Position numbers and translations under genes: made by a program. The notes under the pieces were generated by a model, which saw only the letters and a program-made list of their open reading frames with translations, was not told the DNA's origin and searched no databases. DNA of 61,372 nucleotides, counting the filler, from Sphacelaria rigidula (Eukaryota), in assembly GCA_964200075.2 (NCBI GenBank). It is 7 parts of 7 records of this genome, joined end to end, with 100 filler letters (N's around TTAATTAATTAA, not from the genome) between each part and the next. Parts side by side here need not be neighbours in the genome. Positions count along the whole stretch, not along the records: positions 1 to 8,682 come from CAXNAA020010392.1; positions 8,783 to 17,464 come from CAXNAA020010393.1; 5 more parts are not named here. The stretch is one strand, 5' to 3'. Below are positions 1 through 11,733 of this stretch, one piece after another; positions within the stretch are counted from its first letter, which is position 1, and each line of letters opens with the position of its first letter.

Positions 1-299
1 GTCCTGTGCAGCAAGCGTTCGTGCTCACCGCAGTACTCTTACAGCATTGAGCTACTCATGCCTCTAATAAGATGTGCGACGGCTCCCATGTCTGTGGTGG
101 GGTTGCGACCGAAATCGCTGTTTTTTCTTTTACTTCATATTCAGGCTCGCAAGGTACAACCAAAACGCTAGGGGATACGAGCCCTAGGTGTTTCCAGTAA
201 TCATGACGCTGTCCCTGCTGTTGAGCAATTCTACATGAAACGGGAGACACCGACCAATTACTTGGAATATGACCCATACGAATATAATCGCGTGCATGA

Positions 300-352
300 T
301 TGATCCCTTGAGACCACGGACTCATCCCGAGGAAGGGGAGGGGTTCAAAGTG
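300..352 (+). repeat. Short dispersed repeat (probable retroelement 3' end), followed by an A-rich stretch and (TA)n
   Basis: TTGATCCCTTGAGACCACGGAC...GGGGTTCAAAGTG recurs as a reverse complement at 16391-16443 on another contig. Both copies lie next to (TA)n tracts (377-402; 16465-16492). Confidence 0.6.
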
Positions 353-759
353 TGAGGAAAAGAAAAAATGAAAATAATATATATATATATATATATATAT
401 ATTCCTTTCTAATCGTCATTGCCCCTCCTAGTTTTGCAGGCGTGAGCTGAATCCTGTACGCACGTGTTTGCACCCATGTTGCAAGGAACCGGGGTGCATC
501 CATGATGTGGTCGTGTGGAGCTGAGATACTCAACGCGCATGAATTTTGAAATGGTCGCAAGAATAAAACAAGTAATGATCACGATAAACTCGAGTCCAGA
601 GAGCAATAACGTCAGGTGATACGACACGGCTGTTCGTACGATGGTACCCACGAGTGTCAAAGGGTTCAGCTCACAACTCCAACATCACCTGGGCCACGAG
701 CTTGGGAATTGATTATTGTCTTATTCCTGAGACCGACCGGAGGGCAAGGAATAGTTGAG

Positions 760-1110
760 GAGTAGATACCCCGTTCATCAGAAGGGTGTTATTTACCGCA
801 AAATACATGGATTCGGCTCTCGTATAATGAATAGGTAGAATTTCGAAAAGTAATGCTGGACATTTCTTCACAAATACGATCGGGACAGGCTCGATCGACC
901 GAAAATACGTGTAAGAGTCAGAATTTGGGGTGAGACGTGGCGGGACCTCGCATGACTGGTCAGCCCGTAAGTCACTCAATATTGAGTACAGATGATTGTT
1001 TTTTCTTGAAATGTGGAGCGGATACAAGTATCTTCACGTCCTCAATGTAAGGAGCAGTTGCAAGCGGAAGTCTTGAACAAAATCGCCAAATACGAAAAAA
1101 CTACCAATGT
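760..1110 (+). mobile_element. Partial copy of TA-target (Tc1/mariner-type) MITE family A
   Basis: Shares blocks (ATACCCCGTTCATCAG, GACAGGCTCGATCGACC, CAGCCCGTAAGTCACTCAA) with the fuller copies at 11188-11733, 33486-33948 and 40155-41058. TIRs not seen in this copy. Confidence 0.7.
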
Positions 1111-4100
1111 TGAGCAGCTCAGGCGCCCAGTACTTCAAGAGGACAACACCGTCGCCGTTTCGGCGTATCGAGTATGCCCACGTCAAAGTTGTATGCTTAT
1201 TCGCCATCAGCCACTTCGCGAGTAATCGGCGTACCCAGCGATCACTTCGAAATCGAGGTGCTCGGGATGTTACTGGAGCCAGGGTCAGATCCTCACCCAT
1301 CCTGCGCCGTAGCGCTGAACGTGGGGCACTCACGTTGCATTTCCGTATGAAACGTCGAAACATGATTCGGAACGGAAAGCAAAATGTGACAACGCTGAAC
1401 CACAGAACTCAATTTTCAACACAAAAACTAAAGCTTCTTGACCTGAAGGGTGATGGACACCTGACCCAACACCTGGCTTGTGTGATACCCAACCAGCGAG
1501 CTGCTGGCGAGCGGGGACATTTTTGGTCAGTCGAGCAACTGTGCTGAAACGTTTCGAGCACAACTAAAACGCAAATTGACATTGCCCACACATGACCCAT
1601 ATCCTGCTGCCCACGTGACGCGCTCTTGAACATTGCACGCGGCAAGGGCTACCACAGTACACTACTGCGTGATGAGCTCGTCGTTGCTAGCGGTGGATTC
1701 CTAGTTCGTGCCCGCAGAGACAAAAGCGTCCTGGTAGCCGCAACAGCAGCACTAGTGTACTACCTGTACAAAGTGTTTGACAACGGTCGGTGAGGAAGAC
1801 ACCAATTTGCCATGCCACAGCAACGCATGTAACTCGTTTTTGCTCCTGACATTGTGCACTGATTTTCTTCAAACAAGGTCAAGCATTGGCGGCTGGGCAA
1901 ACGTAGCCTTCAAGGCTATCGTACGCCTCAGAGTCCTTGTACGGGTTACCTTCACCTGCACCTTATGTGAAGCGCTTGTTTCGTTCGACGTTGGGACTGA
2001 AGGGAAAACAAAACGCCTAGAGCCATTGGTCCCTTCGTTACGGAGTGGAGCCGACCGCCCACCACTTTCTCCGATATTGTGTCACCGCAGGAAGCCCCAT
2101 GTTGCCGAAATAATTTTTCAAGCTCATGTATGTTGCATTGAACGAGAAATGAAATGCGATGTGCGATGTACCGAACAAGCGGGTGGAAAACAATCCGTTT
2201 TGCGGGTTTTGTTTTGTTGTCGAGTATATGTGGGATGTGGCTTTGGCTTGTGCCGCACCTCGTCGACGTCACGGCAAATACCGTGCACCGAGCAGCAAGT
2301 GAAAAATCGAGGGCTGCTGTCAGAGAGGCACTAGGCTTGTGGTCAGGCCGCCACCACCAGTTTCAACATGGTTCCGTTGGGTGTACACCGTGTAAAATGT
2401 GATGCGCGGCAAAAACAGTGTAAACCAGCCGTGGTTTCCGTCTTTTTTGCGTATTTACCGTGGAGTAATCATACCTCAAAACCACCAAACGGCATATTCA
2501 GGAGTTTCAGGGAGCTGTAGAGTGACTGATAAAAACTGACAGGTAGGTCCGGCATTGTTTCCTGAAGCGACGAAAAAGGTCAAACATGTCGGTACCTCCG
2601 TGCGCACGGAAGTGAGCGGTATTGGTTGCTGTATTGGGCGGGTTTCTCTCCCTCTAGTGTTGACTAGTGAAACCCACGCGGAATTCACCAGGTGGAGTAT
2701 CCTACAAAGTTAACCGATACACCAACGTTTTGTATGCTGTACACGAGGCTTACTATCCACATGGAAGCATCGAGATGAAGAGTGTCCGCGACACTGCAGT
2801 GGCTACTCTTCCGACCAAGGGGTATTGTAATACGAACTTTTTATGTGTGCATGGATTTAAGTTACCGCTGACCGCTTGAGGATGAAAACCTTGAACAATC
2901 TGCCAAATACTGTTAGTATTGGGTTATGTCATTTCGCCCAGGGAACAGAGATAGGTAAGGGTCACGTCGAGAAGCTGCCGAAGGCGGGTTTAGATCGCTA
3001 CCGGTTTGGTCCATTTTTGATCAGATGTTGCTTTCGACATAATATCAAGAATCGCCATAGTCCAGGAGGACACGGACAGGCAAAGCTAGCGGAATATGTT
3101 TCACCACTTCCGCTGGTGCGCATCGATTTTGCATATATGTTTGAGTTCGTCATAATCCAGTAGGAACAGTTCGAGGCGAGATTTTTCATCACTACATTTT
3201 GTGCCCGGTGGTGTTTTGTTTATGTGGGTTGCTTGTAGGTGTTGACGACAAGTGAGCGACGCGACACCCACTTACGGGCTCTAGTTCGGAACGGTTACGG
3301 GCCGGTTCACGTGCATCACTCAAGTTGTGTCATCAGCAAATTACTTTCGCAGTACCTATTCAATAGTCGCATGGATGATATCATGCTGACCGTCATGGAT
3401 TGCTGAAAAGCGTGACATGAGCGGATTTGGGTTGAAGGCCGTGGACGTAGCGCTAAGGACGTAAAAGGTGCCTTGACCAATCAGCGCTCTTCGAATTGCT
3501 CTGAAATGGGGAATATAACTTCGTCGCTCAATGTTTACTCGATCTCCACATGATCCAACTCGTAGTTACTGCCATCGTCTCGAGAATCCAACGAAAAAAA
3601 CGTATTTGAAAACAGTTGAAACGGGGTCGACTTACACCCGAAAACCGTGGTGTTTCGATCATGCAGGGTTTGGGCGTTGTCTAAATTCCACGTACGATGC
3701 GCACGAAAGATCCAGTGAGCCTCGCCATGCTTTTACTTATTTCCGTCGTGGGAAAGCTAAAATCGCCCTCAGACTTGGCTGTCCGGTAGGGTTTCATGCT
3801 CCGAATGGAGAGTCTGTGTTCCTGACAATATGACGGAGTTTCTCCGTTCCCTACCGGGGTCCAGGGGTTCCAGTATGTGAAATAAATTAAATTAAATGAT
3901 TAGTCCGGGGGTAGTCCAAGAACATATGTACAAAGTATGATCGAGAAACTCGGAAATCTCATACAATTTTCTCTCCTCAACATTAGATTCACCTCAAAAC
4001 ATGTTTTTATACTGAAACCAAGCAGTTAGGAGGTTGGACGTTTCAAGCCCACGTCATCGCACCATCACGCACAACTTCACGTCGTTTTTCGGAACAAGAC

Positions 4101-5634
4101 CCTGAAATTTGCAAAACTGTGCTAAGTCATTGCGGAACGTTAAATGAATGAGTTTTGTCTCGAATATTTTACTGTTTCTAGGGGTTTGAGGGGAACCGAG
4201 TTTTCCCGAAACCCCTTGGATCCCGACAAACGACGAATGAAGTCGAGAAGCAAATGAGCCTTGACCTTCGAAAGTGGCGCCATGACTCATAGCAACAGCG
4301 TGCAGAATTTCAGGGTCTAACTCCCGAAAACGGTGTGAAGCTCTATTGATAGGTGTTTTTGGTCGATAGGCGTGAAGTAGCCTGTATAGCTGCTCTACTC
4401 GGCACGATATCTCGAGCACGAAGCTCAATAAAGACGAGAACGTTACGGTCCGTATTGTTGAAGCTACTGCTGGAGCTACTGATTCATGATGATGACCTGT
4501 GGGATCACAGACACAGCACAGATGTTTTTCATATGCGAGTACCGTTGGAGTCTGTCAACATGTCGCATGAATGCTATTCAAACTAAGATGAAGGGGAGGT
4601 TACCCTTTGTTCATTGGAGCCGCGAGTTTCACGCTGTTCGTCTCCACTGGCTGGAACGGTGCAAGGGCTAGCCACCCCCAGCGTGTGGATGAAATCTCGA
4701 CGGAGAGCGATGGGGATTCAATGCTGCAGCGACTCACCACCAATCGCACGATATCGATTTTTTTTAATTTCCGATTTCAGGTGTGCGCGAGGAAAAAAAA
4801 CGAGAGGGGTTGCGCTTGCGCAACGCTCTGCGGTCTGCAGTACAAATTTGTTGGCGTGAGAAGCTGAGTGATGGTGCGTACTTGCGGCACAGAAATGCCA
4901 GCCACCAATGGTTCCAAATTTGCACGAAGTGGCGTGTCTGACAGCGGCATGGACACCGACGTGGACATGGCAGCAGGTGAGAGGATCTTGCTTCACTGGA
5001 TTACACACCTGCCAACAAGAAAACAACGCATCCAGCAGGCACTGCTGTACAAGGGCTACAACTCAGAGAGTGGAGAATCCGCCAGCACGAATATTTGCCC
5101 GTCGAAATAGTTCCATTCCTCACCGTGCGACTTCTGAGCGACTGGTGTACCAACGCCCATACAAGCGTAGTCAGGTGCAAGTGTTTGGAAGCCCGCGGCT
5201 GCATAGCACCGCGAACTGGACGCTCAAAATCTACGCCAACGAACCTGCGTTAGTTGAAGTGGTACGGATCATTGGTTCAAAGAAGTGGGTTAAATCCGGC
5301 GATAACTTGTCGTGGCCTTTTAGCCAGTCACGTGAAGGTAGGAGAACGGATGCAGAATGAGCGCCCGCGGTGTTTAGCAGCTTGCCTGACGTGATAATTT
5401 CGCATGATGCAGTCCGATTCCGTCGTGCGTGCAACAATGCATGAATGTGTACCAGATCAGGCTGCGCCATCAACTCGCGACGGGTTCTGTGTTCTCGCTG
5501 CATGATAATCCTGGACGAGCTAAACCGCACAGCGCTCGTTCCATGCTCGTGCCACAGGTAGCAGGCTTTGTGTGGACGCCTTTACCGTCGCCCTCAACGA
5601 GGCCTCCTCCGGAGAAGGGTCGTATTTGCCGACG

Positions 5635-7623
5635 ATGGAGTTACAGCTGGTGTCACTACCGCTCTGTATCGCTTGCCGCCGCGTAAGTACCCTCCTTGTG
5701 CAACTCGCTGAGTATACACCGCACAGTCTATGGAAAGATTCGTCCGGGCAATCCTCGACTCTGATGACTGGAAGGAGGGAGCGCACTAGTAAAAATCGAG
5801 TGCCTTTGCTACGAGCACATACCGTTGAGTGGGTGACGAATATTGACGCAGCGCCCATGACTCGCGAGGCCAACCTCTTGACCAATGTGCGAAACTTCAT
5901 CTTTAGCAGCAGCTTCGACCGTAGTCTAGACTACATTGTCTGGCCCCCGCGAGTAAAAAAAATTGTGTTTGGTGAGGACCGTTGGAATGTACGAGTAGAG
6001 TTCAATCAACCTATCACGAAGGTGGTTTGGCCCTCTTCGCTGCAGGAGCTGAGGTTTGGAGATACCTTCGACCAGCCGATCGAGGGTGTGTCATGGCCTG
6101 CGTCGCTGCAACAGCTAGCGTTCGGACGTAGCTTCAATCAGCCGATTGAGGGTGTGGCGTGGCCTGCGTCGCTGCAGCAGTTGATGTTCGAGCATTGTTT
6201 CAATAGGCCGATCGAGGGCGTGTCATGGCCCGCGTCGCTGCAGCAACTGAAGTTCGGAGAAGACTTCAACCAGCAGATCGAAGGTGTGGCGTGGCCAGTG
6301 TCGCTGCAACAGCTGGCGTTCGGACTCAGCTTCAACTTTCCGATTATGGGTGTGGCATGGCCTCCTTTTCTGCAGCAGCTGACGTTCGGAGATCGCTTGA
6401 ACCAGCCGATCGAGGGCGTGTCCTGGCCTGCGTCGCTGCTGCAGCTAAAGTTCGGGACAGACTTCAACCGTCCGATCGAGGGTGCGGTATGGCCTATTTC
6501 TCTGCAGCAGCTGACGTTCAGAGACGACTTCAACCAGCCGATCGAGAGTGTGGCGTGGCCTTCTTCGCTGGTGCGGCTGACGTTCGGAGATGACTTCAAC
6601 GACCCGATCGAGTGTGTGTCGTGGCCGGCGTCTCTACAGCAGCTGACGTTCGGAGATAGCTTCAACTGGCCGATTGAGGGTGTGGCGTGGCCAGCGTCTC
6701 TACAGCAGCTGACGTTCGGAGATAGCTTCAACTGGCCGATTGAGGGTGTGGCGTGGCCAGCGTCTCTGCAACAGCTGACGTTCGGGCATAGGTTTCATCA
6801 ACCGATCGAGTGTGTGACATGGCCTACGTCGCTTGAGCAGCTGACTTTCGGCGATTACTTCAACCGGCGGATCGAGGGTGTGGCGTGGCCTTCGTCATTG
6901 CAGCGCCTGACGTTCGGATACTGGTTCAACAGACCAATCGAGAGTGTGACATGGCCGTCATCGCTGCAGTGGCTGCTGTTTGGGCGTCGCTTCAATAAAC
7001 TGGTGAAGGGTGTGGCGTGGCCTGCGTCGCTGCAATGGTTGATGTTCGGGCTTGACTTCGACGAGCCTATCGAGGGTGTGTCGTGGCCTTCATCCCTGCA
7101 AGTGTTGAACTTTGGACATTGCTTCGACTGGCCGATCGAAAGCGTGTTGTGGCCTTCGTCGCTTCAGGATCTGATGTTCGGAAATTTCTTTAACCAGCCG
7201 ATCGAGGGTGTGTCGTGGCCTTCGTCCCTGCGAGACCTGGAGTTTGGCGATTCCTTTGATCAGCCGATCGAGGGCGTCATGTGGCCTTCGTCCCTGAAAG
7301 TGCTGTGGTTGGGAAATTCCTTTGACCGGCCGATCGAAGGTGTGTCGTGGCCTTCGTCCCTACAATGGCTGGGGTTCGGGCATCGCTTTGCCAGGCCGAT
7401 CGAGGGTGTGGCATGGCCAGCGTCGCTACAGCATCTGAAATTCGGAGATAGCTTCAACCAGCCGATCGAGGGTGTGGTATGGCCGGCATCGCTGGAAGAG
7501 CTGATCCTGGGACGTAGCTTTGACCAGCAGATCGAGGGTGTGGCGTGGCCGGCATCGTTGGAATCGCTGACGTTTGGAGATCACTCCAACTGGCCGATCC
7601 ACCTTGGTCCCTGCACCAGCTGA
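5635..7623 (+). CDS. FNIP-repeat (22-aa leucine-rich-repeat-like) protein, intronless ORF
   Basis: The frame is open from 5524; first ATG at 5635 (the ORF track starts at GTG 5572). About 120 aa of N-terminal region precede 24 tandem 22-aa units, consensus FNQPIEGVxWPxSLQxLxFGxx (6001-7584), matching the FNIP repeat family. True start uncertain. Confidence 0.9.
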   Translation: MELQLVSLPLCIACRRVSTLLVQLAEYTPHSLWKDSSGQSSTLMTGRRERTSKNRVPLLRAHTVEWVTNIDAAPMTREANLLTNVRNFIFSSSFDRSLDYIVWPPRVKKIVFGEDRWNVRVEFNQPITKVVWPSSLQELRFGDTFDQPIEGVSWPASLQQLAFGRSFNQPIEGVAWPASLQQLMFEHCFNRPIEGVSWPASLQQLKFGEDFNQQIEGVAWPVSLQQLAFGLSFNFPIMGVAWPPFLQQLTFGDRLNQPIEGVSWPASLLQLKFGTDFNRPIEGAVWPISLQQLTFRDDFNQPIESVAWPSSLVRLTFGDDFNDPIECVSWPASLQQLTFGDSFNWPIEGVAWPASLQQLTFGDSFNWPIEGVAWPASLQQLTFGHRFHQPIECVTWPTSLEQLTFGDYFNRRIEGVAWPSSLQRLTFGYWFNRPIESVTWPSSLQWLLFGRRFNKLVKGVAWPASLQWLMFGLDFDEPIEGVSWPSSLQVLNFGHCFDWPIESVLWPSSLQDLMFGNFFNQPIEGVSWPSSLRDLEFGDSFDQPIEGVMWPSSLKVLWLGNSFDRPIEGVSWPSSLQWLGFGHRFARPIEGVAWPASLQHLKFGDSFNQPIEGVVWPASLEELILGRSFDQQIEGVAWPASLESLTFGDHSNWPIHLGPCTS

Positions 7624-7895
7624 CGTATAGAGATTACTTCAACTAGCCGATCCAGTAGTACCGGATCGAGGGTGTGCTGTAGCTCGCGTAGGTATAGCAG
7701 CTGCTGTTCTAAAGTTACGTCAGCTGGCCGATTGAGTGTGTCGCATGGCCCGTATCGCTGTAGCGCCTGACGTGCGGAGAGGACTCTAATCAGCCGATCA
7801 AGGGTATGAGGTGAAATACGTCGTTGTAGCTGTGAAGATCTTGATTCAACTTCATTCAGCAATTTTGAGGATGCTACGTGGCCAGCGTTCCTATA
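6001..7895 (+). repeat. 66-bp coding tandem repeat (24 intact units plus ~4-5 decayed units past the stop)
   Basis: TTCAAxCAGCCGATCGAGGGTGTG recurs every 66 bp from 6001 to 7584. Frameshifted, stop-containing remnants (cttcaactagccgatc, ggccgattgagtgtgtc, aatcagccgatcaagggt) continue to ~7895. Confidence 0.9.
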
Positions 7896-8682
7896 CACGG
7901 TTGTGCAGTGTGCCATAAACCGCGTTGACATGTAATTTGATGTAGGGTAGAAAACCCCGACGGTGGGGTATCCATTAGTACTGTTGTAGACATGAGCGTA
8001 GGCGATGATATGTGGTCCGTCCGTCCCTACATAAATCGTGCCGCGAATTGGACGGTGTATGTAGAAGGCTGAGGGCGGCCGAACGTGGGTACACGTTTGA
8101 CCAAAGTGTGTCGAACATAAGAGCAAAAAGGTGTGTAAAAAACCTTAGTTGGTGGTGAGAGCACCGACCCCGTCGTCGGACAAAATAGCGTATTCATAGA
8201 GGCCCTTGTGCCCGGTGGTCCTGTTTGGCCTCAAATCGCGACTTGTCCCCGCTATAGTAGGTGTGCACGCTCTGCATGGATTTCGAGCATATCGCCTTCG
8301 CATCGGGATTGATTTTTGAGTGGTTTGGGCCTAGCATGTCCAAGTACAGGCTGGTTCACGAAAACAAAAAAACACTCATCGGCAAAACTTCACGCCGTTT
8401 TGAGGAGTTGGGCCCTGAAATTTTGCACAGGTGTTCTCTGGATCATTACACAACTTTGTATGGACGGGATTTTTTTTCAACCTTTTGACTTGTTTTCGCC
8501 GTTTTTTCGGGGTCCCAGGATTTTCGGGAAAACTTCGATGCAGTCGGACTCCCGCATAACGGTAAAAAAAACATCGTCCATACGGAGTTGCGTTATGAAC
8601 CACAGCACGCCTAACAGTGTTTTCGTGAGATTGAGAGTAGATGATACGATTGAGAGTGGCTTTGATCATTCGCTATAAGTGA

Positions 8683-8782
8683 NNNNNNNNNNNNNNNNNN
8701 NNNNNNNNNNNNNNNNNNNNNNNNNNTTAATTAATTAANNNNNNNNNNNNNNNNNNNNNNNNNNNNNNNNNNNNNNNNNNNN
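8683..8782. other. Artificial contig spacer
   Basis: N44-TTAATTAATTAA-N44; the 12-mer gives stops in all six frames. Confidence 0.98.
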
Positions 8783-9685
8783 CAGCTTATGATACTAAAA
8801 CCAAGTAATTTCCTGACGAATCATTATTTGTCCTAACCGTGCAATACTTGGTTTTTGTCAAAGGAGTCATGACACATTGAGCGGACCAGACTAATTTCAA
8901 CGTCAACAACACCCTTTTCTATGACATCCAACCCTTGGCTGCATCAACTGTAGCTCTTACTTCTGCCATAGCGGCCACTTGCTTCCTTTTGCACTTCCTG
9001 GCGCCGCCGGGTTCCCGCTGGGTTTGAGTGTTTGTAGTCATGGTTGCATTTTTGGTCCGTATTTGTTCTCTCGGCCGGTGTGCAATTGTGTTACACGGTC
9101 GTGTAGAGCGAGCTACTATGGGCCTATATAGGAAATGCATTCGTAGCCTCAACATACATGGGGAGTGCGGACAGGGAGGGTTCGCCGTGCGCTCGATTCG
9201 CCAACCTAGCTAGGAGTTTTGTAAGTGTTCTGGACACTCCCTGCGCCGGCTACCCAAACCCCGTCTACTACAGCAGAAGGACCATTTGATTGTGGAAACG
9301 AGTCGGGGGCAAGATAGAGCTTCATGAAAGACAGCACGCGACATGGCGCAGTTTGGGAGCTTTTGACGCGCTCGAGACGCACAATTTCCCATGCCGCTGT
9401 ACTTCGAGAACGTGCATCAGATTTTCGCAGGCTTGCACTGCTGCTGGGAATCACCTTCCAGTACTAGATCTGTGTACATGTATAATATAATAGCATATTG
9501 TTTTGATTTGTTTTCAAATAAAACGTTCCGAAATGACCGTCACATACACAGGCTGGTTCACGCTCATTTACCCGAGTCCATTCATCCACAAATGCTGCCG
9601 TCGATTCTTGGAGTTTGACTCTGAAGTTGTGCACACACACAAACACAAACACACACACACACACAGCATGGGGCACTACAGTACC

Positions 9686-9959
9686 AAAATTTCACACGTC
9701 GGACAGCTCATGAGCCACCTGTATATTACTTCTTAATAGTGTGACGATCTGGATCATGACCTAGCTTATTTGATCCCCATTTTCGTATTTACTCCCTACA
9801 ACGCTGAACGCCGAGCACACGGAGCAGCCCAATGGTAGCGCTCTGGCTTCTCGGACCCCGCCGTCACGTACATTGTGTTCTTGGACAACGGATCTGCGAG
9901 TCCACTTCGATTTGTTATCTCAAGGTAGCTCATGAGCTATCCGACGTGCGCAAAATTTT
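9686..9959. mobile_element. MITE-like inverted repeat element
   Basis: ~35-bp imperfect inverted repeats: AAAATTTCACACGTCGGACAGCTCATGAGCCACCT (9686-9720) and AGGTAGCTCATGAGCTATCCGACGTGCGCAAAATTTT (9923-9959). Confidence 0.6.
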
Positions 9960-10241
9960 CGAAGAGGGGCGATTTTCGGTCTTCCTATTTCACCGGTTAT
10001 CGGAGGTCCCTGAGTCCTGTGGAGTCATACGCCCCTCACGTGCCCTTCTGAGACCCCCGATAACCGGCGGAAAATAAAGAAGATGGAAAAACACCGTCGT
10101 CGAAATTTTGTGAATATCCCGTAGTATATGCTTGCAAAATATCCATAGTCTTAATTAACGACACTTGAACGATGGTCGTGAGCATTTGCGGCTTTGCTTG
10201 AAAGCTGCAAAATCCTGACAACTTGATTTGCTGTACGTAGT

Positions 10242-10361
10242 CTTGACCCTTGGACGGCGAGAGTAAGACATCTGTTGAATCGGCATCAACTTAACTGGAA
10301 AACTGAAAAAAAGTCTGCATGTTCCAGATGCGCTAACATACCCCCGTGGCCTAAGGGTTAA
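10242..10361. mobile_element. Short piggyBac-type (TTAA/CCC...GGG/TTAA) MITE
   Basis: TTGACCCTTGGAC...CCTAAGGGTTAA ends. The internal GAATCGGCATCA motif is shared with copies near 11990, 14100, 40110, 56330 and 59035. Confidence 0.5.
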
Positions 10362-11187
10362 AATGGCTTTTCGGGCAGGGTTGGCGTTAAAACGATCCCA
10401 TTGCGTCATTTGGTCGAGTTCCTCAACGACACTTTGTGCAAATCTTCCTCGAACTTCCCCGGGACGCGTACATTTTTCATTTTTCATTTCGAGGCATTAT
10501 TGACCTATTCCCGGGAGTCTTCCTGCCAGGACCCCACCGGAAGCCGGTAAACAGTGGACATACTTTGAAATATTTTTCGGAATATGTTTTTTCGCATTTC
10601 AAGTCATGCTACGATAGGGTGGGTGAGGGGGGTATTTTGGGCCCTTTTATTCCACGAAATTCTACTTGCAATAGTCGTTGATAGCAGCAACGGTAGTTCG
10701 AACGCGCTTGCTTCCGATTTGTAACACTCACTCATACTGTCTGACATCACTTTTATCCAAATACAAGCGCACTGCGAGTGTTTTGGGTCGTCTGACGCAC
10801 CTGTGAGCCCATTTTGTCGTGGAATCGAACACCCCCCCCCCCTATCGTAATATGACTCTTTCGAGTGCCAAGACCTCCCGAAGCGCTAAGTTTGGGGGTG
10901 GTGGGAGCTTTTCCTCGACAGATACAGGGGAAGCCGTCAGGAGGCTTTCTGGGTCTTTGATGCATATCATCAACAGAAATCCGACGACGCCAAACCCCCA
11001 TAATACCGAAATACCACGATTTGGGGGTAAAATGCAATCTTATGGTAACCGCTTTCGAGCAATGCTACGGGAAAAAAATGCACTTTTTGATTCTGGGGCT
11101 CTCCTTGTAGGAGCACAAATATATTGGCGCTTATTACAGTAGAGGTATTTCAAACTCGGTTCCCGGTTTCCTGGTTTGTTTTCCTTA

Positions 11188-11733
11188 CAGTAGTGAGCGG
11201 TTTAATTATTTAGGGGTGCTTTGGGGTTTTCCTCGCGTAGTATTATTTGATAGAACTCGAAATTGCTAGCGTCGGTAGATTTTGGTACAATAAACAGATC
11301 ATCCTCGAAACACAGTGCACAAGTCAGTGTTAGTTAGTGTTATCAGGCGATACGAGTAAATACCCCGTTCATCAGGAGGGTATTATTGACCGTGAAACCC
11401 TTTTTTTCGGCTCTGGTGCAATGAGTAGCTGGAATTTCGAAAAAAAAACCTGCACATTTCTTCACACATATGATTGGGACAGGCTCGATCGACCCAAAAT
11501 ACCAAAGAGTTAGAATCTGGGCTGAAACGTGGCAGGACCCCCGATGACCGGTCAGCCCGTAAGTCACTCAACATTAAGTACATATATATTTTTTCTAAGA
11601 ATGTGGAGCGGATAAAAATACCTTCAGATTCCCAATGTGATGAGCGATGGCAAGCGAAAAGAGCCCAAGAAAATCGCCAATTACGAAAAAACCACAAAAT
11701 GCCACAAAATGAATACTTAGACCGCCCACTATT
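11188..11733 (+). mobile_element. MITE family A (TA-CAGTAGTG TIR, Tc1/mariner-type)
   Basis: TA|CAGTAGTGAGCGG ... GACCGCCCACTA ends; body collinear with 33486-33948. Confidence 0.75.

Noticed and set aside
6138..7457. Antisense and alternate-frame ORFs (6138-6731, 6225-6593, 7260-7457)
   Set aside because: Shadows of the 66-bp FNIP repeat.
8727..8738. Recurrent TTAATTAATTAA motif at ~8782-bp periodicity as a biological signal
   Set aside because: Always centred in N44...N44; it is an artificial six-frame-stop linker, and the period reflects sorting contigs by length.
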